Shown: positions 1 through 9,690 of the stretch, piece by piece
Layout: every line of letters starts with the position of its first letter
Numbering within the stretch: the stretch's first letter is position 1
Assembly: GCA_964187785.1 (NCBI GenBank)
Contig: OZ076409.1
Span: 37,574,001 to 37,638,000, forward strand
DNA from: Amphiscolops sp. MND2022
Lineage: Eukaryota
DNA length: 64,000 nucleotides
Reading direction: 5' to 3'
Translations under genes and position numbers: made by a program
The notes under the pieces: generated by a model
The model's database searches: none
The model's input: the letters and a program-made list of their open reading frames with translations, nothing else
Told to the model about the DNA's origin: nothing

Positions 1-2
1 AA

Positions 3-2759
3 ATGAAAGTCATATCGTACAACTCTCGTATACTTAACCCACAAGAACAAAAACTCTCCACACTTGATAGAGAACTCCTTGGTATAGTACACGCACTTCA
101 AATCTATGAATTTCTTATCATAGGTTCTCCACATCCAATACACATTTTCACTGATCACAAACCTTTATTACATTGTTTTACAAAGAAAGGTAATCTCAGC
201 CCTTGTTTCTATAGAGCTCAAATGCAATTGACAAAATTTTCAAAACTCAAAATAATTCACACCCCAGGAAAAAATCTCTCTGTTGCCGATATGTTGAGTC
301 GCTCATTCACAAAAACTGAATTACAACTTAACCAATTAAAACATAAACACCTCCCACCACAAATCGATTTTGCACTTATACAAGATAACACTCTTAAACC
401 TGTACATTACTTAATAAAACATGAAGAAATTTTACCTCATCAAAAACATGACTCTCATCCAATTCTTGCTGATTATGGTACAGATCAATTTTCTATTCGT
501 ATCAATGATAAAGGAAATGACATTATTGTAAAACCCTTACAATCTTTTTCATTCAAATCTGTAACTCCTTTTCAAACCAAATTTAAGACACCTACAAAAA
601 GGAATAACAAAACCCTTCATCAACAATCTCTCTTACTCAATGATACTGACGTTACAAGTGATGACGAAGATCATATTTACACCAGAATTCCAAAACCTGA
701 CTCTTCCTTCTCACAAGATACTACATTACAAACAGAAAATTATTCTACTCTTAAACAACCAAGTCACAACACCTCACAGAAATCAATTTCCGCAATAATT
801 GTACAACCAAATTTACCATCTCTCACACACTGTCAACAAATTATACCTTTTTACGATACATCATTTTTTAAGTACAAAAACTATTTTCAAGGTTTCTTCC
901 TCCCTGATGATTACTCCTTAGACATAAAAACTCTTCAACAACAACAATCTCAAGATCCGGTTCTCAGAACTGTTTATTCTTGGTTACTAAATAATGAAAA
1001 ACCCGAATTTATAACACCTCTTATCACTGGTACTCCATTTCTACATGTATATTACAAAAGATTTTCACAACTTTTCATTGATGAATCCACTAATCTTATT
1101 AGTTTGTATATTACAAACCCCACTGTTAATAACCAATCCTCTACTCCAAATTTTGTACAAGATACTATTCGCATATGCCTACCTTTTAGACTGTTTAAAA
1201 CTGTCTTTAACAAACTTCATGAACATTCTCACACTGGTATGAAAATCACCTACAATACATTCAAACAATATTACTATATTCCATTCCTTGAAAAATGGCT
1301 TTCCATTTTCATCCATGACTGTATTGAATGTCAACGTAATAAGCACTTCAATATGAAAATTCAAACTGCTCCTACACAATCATTTTCAGAACATGCTCCA
1401 TCTTTCAACTATAGAATCTCAATGGACACTAAAGGACCTACTAATCCTCCTTCTCATAACAAATCCTATATACATGTAATAATTGACGCTTTTAGTCACT
1501 TTGTTGTTACAGTACCCATCAAATCAAACAACGCAAAGACTGCTATCAAAACTCTCCTACACCATTGGATTATTAAATTTGGAACACCCATATACCTTGT
1601 CACTGATCGTTGATCAGAATATGTTAACAAAGAAATGGCACACCTTTGTACACTTATGGGAATTCGTCATTCTCCTAGAACAGCTTAATCTCCTTGGACA
1701 AATGGACTTGTTGAAGTACAAAACAGAAATCTTGGTACTCATCTTCGAATGTTCCTACATGACACACCTAAAGATTGGGCATTTCAAGTCCATATGTATG
1801 CTTATGCACATAATTCACAACCACTTTCAGAACTCAATGTTTCACCTCACGAAATTGTTTTCCATACTAGACCCAGAATACCCCTCACATTTGATTTAAA
1901 CCTTAATCGAGATACCTCCAAGACATGTATTTCACGCTATTGCTCTCAACTCCCTGAACACTCTCACTATGATAAATCAGATTTAAACCCATTCTTCTAC
2001 AAAACACTTTCAAAACCCATTCCCCAATGGTTTCTCGCTGTAGAAACTGCTATGTTACAAATTTATTCCACAGTCTACGAAAACACCCTACGAAAAATTA
2101 ATTCACACGCATACATTACAAAAACTTACCACGAAGGTAAACCCCTTCCTACTGGTACCTTTGTTTTAAAACGCAATTTTACACATGTTCACTTTTCAGA
2201 CAAACTCAAACCCCTTCGGATTGGACCATATAAAATTCTTGACAGACTATCAGACGTCACATATGCATTACTTGCACAAGATGGCTCTACAATACACGTT
2301 CATAGAAATCATTTAATCCCATATTACCCTAAAGAACCACTCTTATATCCACATTTGCGTAATTTTATGCGCTTTTCAGACACAACTCAAAACCAAATTC
2401 CACAAATTACCAGATATGCAAACAGTGATTCTTCCCCGTTTAACTCTGATGAATCTTTGTCTGAAGAAGATTCTCAAACATTTATGACACCACCGTCATT
2501 TAGTACATCCAATCAAAATACACCATCTATAACATCCAATGACAAGTCTTTACCTTCCTCAACCAATGACAACTCCTTATATAAACATATAATTAATACC
2601 CCTCACACTAATGTCCCTAGTGACAGATCGAGACACCCTTCTAACAACCAAACAACTTCACTTCCTCCTCTAATTGACAGAACCACAAAAACCACTTATA
2701 AACTACGACAACAACCCAAATTAGATTATAGACTTTTTATTACACCTTCACAACTGTAA
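3..2759 (+). pseudogene. pol: pol C-terminal half: RNase H, long linker, integrase (HHCC, DDE, GPY/F); two in-frame stops
   Basis: RNase H motifs ELLGIVHAL...TDHKPL...VADMLSR; zinc finger HEHSH...CIECQ; catalytic ISMDTKGP, LVTDR*SEY, NGLVE; GPY/F module KLKPLRIGPYKI. ORFs 3..1613 and 1749..2759 share one frame, broken by TGA 1611-1613 and TAA 1686-1688. Confidence 0.93.
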
Positions 2760-2884
2760 TCTAGTCACTCTATCTGTTGGCTTACTCAAAACTAGTCACT
2801 CCGGTTGAATGAATATTGAATGAATGAAATATAACCCATAACAAGTTATCTTAAAGATAACCTGTTGAAAACACTTCAACAATC

Positions 2885-4117
2885 CTGGATCCTCCCTCTG
2901 ATATCTCTCCATCAGCTCCAAGTCTTCCTTCTACACCTGAATCTTCAGTATCAAACACTACAAACTCTAGTAATGTAACTCCTACTACTCCTTCTAAAAG
3001 ACCCAGATCATACATTTCTGAAACCACTTCTTCTTCACTTCTTCACAGACCACCTATAACCGAAATTCCTATAAACACTCGTCCCCAACAAACTCCTATT
3101 AACACTCCTATTATACACATACCAAACCCTGAAAGTGTTGAACAATACGTAACATACAAACACCCTACAGCTATCAAAACTGTTAGACTCCAACCTCAAC
3201 TTAATCTTGTACAAATTCCTGATCCTGAATATACGAAACTACCTCCACTAAAATTACCTTCAGAACTTAGCACTACAGAACTTAGCACTACTTCTTCAAA
3301 ACTTTATCCACCCTTAAAACCTCTTCGAAAACCCTCTACATCACTCTCAAATCTCTTAGACAATAATACTTCTGACTACGCTCCATCACAAGACACAAGC
3401 TCATTTTTTGTACCTAAACATAGATACAATCTTCGTGACCTTCCTTCACGCAGACTTAGTACAGACACTTCCACACTCAATTTTTCCGCTCTTTCTAGCA
3501 ATTCTGCATTACGACTTGTCAGACAACACGCTCAACCATTGTCCTCTGACCCATCATCTTCAGAACTCTTCCAATCTCCTTATTTTACTTCTGGTTTTGA
3601 AACCGCTTCATTACTTTCATCTAACCCACAAACTGCATTTCTATCAGGAGATCTCTTTTCACAAGTAGTAATTCCTACTCCTGTTCCTGCACATATTAGA
3701 CTACCTGAATACTATACTGCAGAACATTCTAGACCTCCAACCCCAAATTTTGCTGATTATCCACTTCGAGTCGATGGTATAACTATCTACGACCCACAAA
3801 ACGATCCTCGATTTCCAATTCTTGCAGAACGTTTTATTAATAACAACGATCTCTTATCTCATAAACGTAAAGAAACAGAACTAAAACGTCTTCAGACACC
3901 AAATTTAGAACTTAAATTTGAAGTCAAGGTCAAATTTCAAGGATTAAATCCTCATCCAATATTTCACGTTTCTAAAATAGAACATAAAACCTCTCCTGCT
4001 CCTTTTGAAGTAGTACATATTGAATTCGAACGCGATCTTAATATACCCACTATCACATATGGCAACATTGTCTTCTGTAACCCATACTCTGGTCTCAAAT
4101 ATAAGACATCCTTTTAA
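2885..4117 (+). CDS. ORF2 of retroelement: ~410-aa Pro/Ser/Thr-rich protein with a putative globular C-terminal domain (candidate matrix/budding protein)
   Basis: The frame of track ORF 3539..4117 is open from 2861 with no ATG. The first plausible start is CTG at 2885 in a strong context (A at -3, G at +4). Contains PSAP (2909-2920), LYPPL (3302-3316) and RYNLR (3422-3436). Confidence 0.7.
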   Translation: MDPPSDISPSAPSLPSTPESSVSNTTNSSNVTPTTPSKRPRSYISETTSSSLLHRPPITEIPINTRPQQTPINTPIIHIPNPESVEQYVTYKHPTAIKTVRLQPQLNLVQIPDPEYTKLPPLKLPSELSTTELSTTSSKLYPPLKPLRKPSTSLSNLLDNNTSDYAPSQDTSSFFVPKHRYNLRDLPSRRLSTDTSTLNFSALSSNSALRLVRQHAQPLSSDPSSSELFQSPYFTSGFETASLLSSNPQTAFLSGDLFSQVVIPTPVPAHIRLPEYYTAEHSRPPTPNFADYPLRVDGITIYDPQNDPRFPILAERFINNNDLLSHKRKETELKRLQTPNLELKFEVKVKFQGLNPHPIFHVSKIEHKTSPAPFEVVHIEFERDLNIPTITYGNIVFCNPYSGLKYKTSF

Positions 4118-6764
4118 ATCCTACACAACCTCTTATATAACAACTATAATTTTCTTACATTTCTTTCACTCTACCTTTTCCATACCTATAGTACTCCCTG
4201 ACACAGAAAACTATCTTCCATCGGATGACCCGAATATTACAAATCTCATGGTTTCTCATTATGATTGTGCAAAACAACACAATCTCCGACAATTTAATCT
4301 ACTTAATGTAAAACAATGCACTGAAGCTCCTTCTGACATTAAACATGCAAGTGTTAAAGCCCGTGTATATGTCCGAGCAAAAGCTAAACGTATCAAAGCT
4401 TTCAAATGTGTTGCTTATGCAAAGAAAGAAAGGAAAATATGCTTTCAAGGATCTGTCAAATACCGTCGTGTTGATCGAACCGTATGGAATCATAATACAT
4501 TACCTCTTCCTGTTACTCTTGATCCGGTAGAATGTAAAAACATTATAAGACATTTAAATGGTACAAATGATAAAATATTGAACAACCTTCACTACAACAA
4601 AACATTTACACTCTTAGAAGACCATTATTTTCAAGAACGTTTAGAACAATATCAAACTCTTTTCACTGTATATCAATTGAACAAAATGTATACAGGTACA
4701 TTTACATTTATGCCTGCTGATAAAAACTGGATATATGACCCTACAAAAAACCCTTGTCATAACTGTCCTGCTCATCATCAATTCGAAGTCAACTTAGTTA
4801 GTTGGCGACTAGAAGTTTCCGAAATAGAACTTACATATGATGACACATCAAATGACATGATAATTGATGGACATACATTACCCTGCTATTTTGCAGATGG
4901 CTTTTGTAAACCCACTACAAAAACTCCTTTTACTCTTGTTTGGTTTAATGATGATTATTGTCTAATTTTTACCCTACAAGACTTTAATGGACGTATGACT
5001 AAAATTGAAGATAGATATTGGATTGAAACAGACTCCTTTGTACATTCTCCACATTCAGTAAAATCTCAAACTGCTTCTGGTATAAAAGGTACAGAACATC
5101 TTTATGTTCATGCTCCCCATACACAACATCCAAATAACCCAAGTCTTTCAAGATTTGAAGTTTTTCCTACAGCACAAACCTTTTGTGGTAAACCAGACCC
5201 TCTCTATTCTACACAATACTCAGACCTTTTTGTTACATACACTGATGGTTTTAATATGCATACAGGACAACCTAATCCTCATTCCATAAGTGATGAGTAT
5301 ATCTCTGGTAAAATAGTATTGGACACTTCAAAAAACAAATTTGTGTTTCCTGCATTAAATGTATCAAACAATTTCGCTACCATTGATTTTGATGCACATA
5401 TAAACACCAAAATTGACTACACTATTAATCATGTTTTTCGATCAATGACAGTACAAGAACTAAATACTCTTCATACAATATGTGAACTAGAACGAAATCA
5501 ACTTCTTACAATACTCGCAATGTCAGTACAAAATCCTCAACTTGCTGGTTTCCTTTTAACCGGTAATAGAAGTAACTTCTTATACGTTGAAGGCTCAACC
5601 GCCTGGCTTTATGACTGTCCTCATTTTTTATCTCCTTTATACAAAGCAGATAGATGCTTTGACCGTATACCCATACATTTTAAAGATACCTTAATGTACG
5701 TTGATCCTATTACAAGACAAACTTCTGATTATGCTACACCAATTACATGCGATAATAATCCACGTAACATTATTGAACTCGACCCTGATTCAGATGATCA
5801 AGACTTTTACATTCTTGGACCTGAACCTATCAAACCAAACCTCCACTAATGTTTACACCCTCACAAATCAAAACTACAATACGCCCTAATACTTTTACAG
5901 CCCAAGATGCTGGTATATATTCAAATGCAGAACTTGATCAATTTTGGAACCGTATTTTATTTTCTAAACACTCTGATTCTACACTTCAATTGCTAGGTAA
6001 AGCTCTTAGTTATTCATTCATTTCATCTAATACTCCAAATTACGATGCAGATTCCCCTCAAGACTCTGGTAATCCTTACAATACATTACGAATAGGACTA
6101 CATAATAAACTTTTGAATTTAACTCCTCTTTTCACACCTACATGGTTCTCTGATGCTTTTATTGCACTCTTTGGATACCCTTGTTACATTCTTACACAAT
6201 GTGGCATATACTTTTCTACATTTCTTTTTGTACAAGCTACTCTTACACTTATTGTTAAACTTTACAAAACAATATCCATTAAATATAATCTTAAAAATAA
6301 TATTACTTTACTTAGTTCTATTGCACATGGTTTTTTTTAATGTTCTTACAGCACGAATGGTCAGTGACCTACATGAGACTCAAAACAAAAAACCCAAAAG
6401 TACACTTTCCAAATCCAAATCTTTAGATAACTTTATTGACACTTCTCCAAATTTAATTAACCATTCTACAGATGTTACTTCCCCTCCACCTTTTTATACC
6501 AAACGATCTAACAAAATTCAATTTCCTAAATTTAACTTCTTTCCGAAACGACACCACAATTCTCACCATAAAACGACTCCACTTCCTTTCTCTTCTATCC
6601 AACATCCCCCACTTCCTAATTATACTCATAAAAACTTTCACTCGAATGACAATCTAACTACTCAACCTGACACTTTAATTAACAATTCTGTCACTTCTAC
6701 TACGGATACGCCAATTAAAATCTATTCACGAATAAACTATCCTTTTCCTCCTCCATCTTCTTGA
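4059..6764 (+). pseudogene. env: env: ~900-aa envelope glycoprotein, chuvirus/Monjiviricetes-like class III fusion protein; two frameshifts
   Basis: ATG 4059 and a hydrophobic signal-like segment (ITTIIFLHFF); motifs HYDC..N..LLNVKQC, CELER..L..LA, C.DRIPI..DP.TR..C and GIYS..EL; TM segment CGIYFSTFLFVQATLTLIV; Pro-rich tail. A 1-nt loss near 5836-5838 and a 1-nt gain in the T-run 6331-6338 join track ORFs 4020..5849, 5849..6340 and 6153..6764. Confidence 0.8.
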
Positions 6765-7013
6765 ACTCTCTCTCAGTTCTTCTATAACTCTCTTCCAGAA
6801 CACTCGCCTACTATTTCTTCACAATTGCTACTCCTCCACCACTTGAAACTCTTGCAGAAATTCATCTTCCTCAGTCCAATAATACTTCTCTCATAATAAC
6901 CATCTTAAAAAACTCTTCAACTAAAGTTGACAAATCCACTCGTTAGTGTAATTTATAGTACTTTAACTTTAAAGTGCTAAGGCCTCTTGGAATAGATAAC
7001 ACTGTGACTGTTG

Positions 7014-8357
7014 ATGCTTTCTCAAACAATGACACAAGCACAAATTGATCTACAAACACAGCTTGAACAAGCAACCCCAACAGATCTTATAACAAGACCT
7101 CTTTCAAATGATTCTCCTGTTCTCTATATTGACACTTCTGACAAAACACCTCCAACTTTTCTTGAACCAATGGAACCCACAAAAGTTGAAAATGAAAATC
7201 CAAAACCTACTCCTCCACAAGATGATACTGATCATACACAATCGACACCACCTCCTCCAAAAAAGCGATATGAAATAATGAAAGATCCAATCTTTCTTTC
7301 ATCACCAATATATCCTCCTTCAATACCTTCAAAAATTTCACTTTGCACGAATCGCGATGATCATTTGATCTCAATTCTTTCCACTGACGATTTCGTCTTC
7401 AAAGCACAACTAACTTCTCTATATATGCATCCTACTGACTACTCATTTCGCTTATATGACAAAAATCAAGACTTCTTCACATCCATTGCTTCCAAAATAA
7501 TGGGTCCATACCAATATTGGCTCGAGAATGGAGTTAAAATTTTCTCTCTCCAATTCAATTTTCTTAGACCTTCTATATACGATCTCAAAACGGATGAATC
7601 TGATCCATCCTTTCTCTCTATAGCACAAAAAGCTTCTCATCATCAGACATATACTAACTTTCTACAATACACGAAACCACAAAATTATATTTTTGTCAAT
7701 TACAAATATACATCACCGTTCACAATGACAAATATGTACACTCTCGATCACTCCTGTATAACAGGCTACCTTCGGAACTATGACCCTATAAAGCAATACT
7801 TCTGTTTGCTTCCATATAACAATACTTCACGTCCACTTATTGTACCTCAAGAATATCTCATACATTACGATGATTTTTTGTTGCCTTGCAACATCCCTAC
7901 TCAAATTGCAAAACCTCTTACTGTTATTAAACACCTCGTTTCTTCTCCACTTGACGATAAAGATAGAACATACTATACAGCACTCTACAAACAAACGTAT
8001 TCCTACAATGAACTTCTCTTTATATCTGCCAAAACTATCTCTTTCATGGTACAAGCTGAACAAAAACCTGAACATAAATCACACACTTCGCCCATCAAAA
8101 ACACTCATGACAAACTTTCCTCTGTATTAACCAATCGAACACTTCGAGACATAACAAATTTACTGGAACCCTATAAACGAAACTCCTCTGAAACACCTAT
8201 CACAACACTCACACATATACTACACTGTTATGACAGAACACACAAACTCCTTCAGACACTCGATTTAGACTCTCAACGCATCACTCAATCATCCCAAGCA
8301 ATCCAATCTGCTTTGGAAACTATAACTACTCTTTTTAATTCAACTAATCTTCATTAA
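7014..8357 (+). CDS. Orphan accessory ORF4 of retroelement (447 aa)
   Basis: Uninterrupted 1.3-kb ORF from ATG 7014, with the same strand and base composition as pol/env. Pro-rich N-terminus with PPPKKR, aromatic-rich middle and helical C-terminus. No family recognised. Confidence 0.75.
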   Translation: MLSQTMTQAQIDLQTQLEQATPTDLITRPLSNDSPVLYIDTSDKTPPTFLEPMEPTKVENENPKPTPPQDDTDHTQSTPPPPKKRYEIMKDPIFLSSPIYPPSIPSKISLCTNRDDHLISILSTDDFVFKAQLTSLYMHPTDYSFRLYDKNQDFFTSIASKIMGPYQYWLENGVKIFSLQFNFLRPSIYDLKTDESDPSFLSIAQKASHHQTYTNFLQYTKPQNYIFVNYKYTSPFTMTNMYTLDHSCITGYLRNYDPIKQYFCLLPYNNTSRPLIVPQEYLIHYDDFLLPCNIPTQIAKPLTVIKHLVSSPLDDKDRTYYTALYKQTYSYNELLFISAKTISFMVQAEQKPEHKSHTSPIKNTHDKLSSVLTNRTLRDITNLLEPYKRNSSETPITTLTHILHCYDRTHKLLQTLDLDSQRITQSSQAIQSALETITTLFNSTNLH

Positions 8358-8766
8358 ACTCCTCTACAGGTAATATAAAGTTTTAAATTTTCTTCTCTGG
8401 TACACTCTATGGTACATCTGTGGCACATTTTACAAGGTATTTGCATTTTTTTAAACAAAAATCCTTATTTTTGAATGAAATCTCAGGACTGTTTTTTAAG
8501 TACACTAATTTTTCCTACAGTACATGTCAAAAAATAACTATTTTTTTACTCAAAACACTACAATACAAGACATACAAGACAATCTAAAATAATACTACAT
8601 ATGGTACATTATAGCACCCATTTTTGTTGTACATCTTTGACTTGATATTGTCATTCTTCTTACACTTCCTTTGTTTTAGAAACATCCATTCTTCCTTCTC
8701 CTTCATCCAAATTCTTTCAGAACATCCCAACTTCTCTTTCTTCGTATTCTTCAAACTCTCGTCATA

Positions 8767-9219
8767 ATGGCTCCAAATGCTGAAACAAACGACATTCTAA
8801 CAATGACTTCAGAATTTTCGAAAGTCCATAGTCTTAAAGCCGCCATATTTCATACCATGGCCTTCAAACTCTCACTTGAGATTCACAAAAACAAAATTAC
8901 GCCAAAATGTCTCATCGCTTTCTTAAAAGTACTCTACAATGTCACGCAAATAAAGAAAAAGAAAATCACTTTCGAGCAATACTCGCGAATCCATCTTCAA
9001 GGACCTAAAATTGCCATTTGTGAAACGGCATCTAATGTTGTTTTCGTCCTCAATTCGTCCTTTACTTCAAAGGATCAGTACTTTCGTGCTGCTATCCAAG
9101 AAGCTACAGATGCCTTTAATAATATGTTGCAAGATTTCGGGTATACTCAACAACTAGAACTTTATGACCCGATACAACATCAACCTCATCCTCCATCGCA
9201 AAACCCTCTATTTCAATAA
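8767..9219 (+). CDS. Orphan accessory ORF5 of retroelement (150 aa)
   Basis: ATG in good context (ATAATGG), intact 150 codons, KKKK basic patch, same strand as the other element ORFs. A pyrimidine tract + AG at ~8664-8679 could be a splice acceptor. Confidence 0.6.
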   Translation: MAPNAETNDILTMTSEFSKVHSLKAAIFHTMAFKLSLEIHKNKITPKCLIAFLKVLYNVTQIKKKKITFEQYSRIHLQGPKIAICETASNVVFVLNSSFTSKDQYFRAAIQEATDAFNNMLQDFGYTQQLELYDPIQHQPHPPSQNPLFQ

Positions 9220-9573
9220 TCTCTAACACAAACTCCTACTTACTTCTATTTCACTCTTTGACTACATTTCGTCTCCAAATCCTTCATCTTCTTTCGATGA
9301 TGCTTCGAAATGTGGTTGATGATTACTTCCAAGAACTCCTACACATGCTGAAACTCTTCACTTCACCCACCCACGATGGTCAACAACATCCATCTACACT
9401 TTGGGTTCATCGACGTTGCCAAAAAGTGTCCTCGTCATCAGTCTTCACACCTCAACTGCTGACTTCGTGAACTGGTCTTCATACTTCAATGGCCAATACA
9501 AATTTCAAACTGAACTGTATAATCACTTATAATCAATATAACCTGTAACCTAATTTAATCAAATCATAATATA

Positions 9574-9690
9574 GACTAGTGCTATATACTCGTATCTAAA
9601 TTTTAGTGCTATATAATCTTATCTAATCGTAGTATACTAGTGCTATATACTCCTATCTAATCTTTAGCGCTATATAATTTTATTTAACCT
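9574..9690 (+). repeat. Short tandem array in the retroelement 3' non-coding region
   Basis: Four TAGYGCTATATA cores arranged as two ~62-bp units. Confidence 0.7.

Noticed and set aside
1483..1899. 138-aa alternative-frame ORF and other short ORFs overlapping pol/env
   Set aside because: Shadow frames of the biased codon usage; the true integrase continues in the pol frame through two stops.
9258..9470. Possible sixth retroelement ORF (70 aa)
   Set aside because: Short, TTG start, no recognisable features; cannot be separated from chance without other copies.
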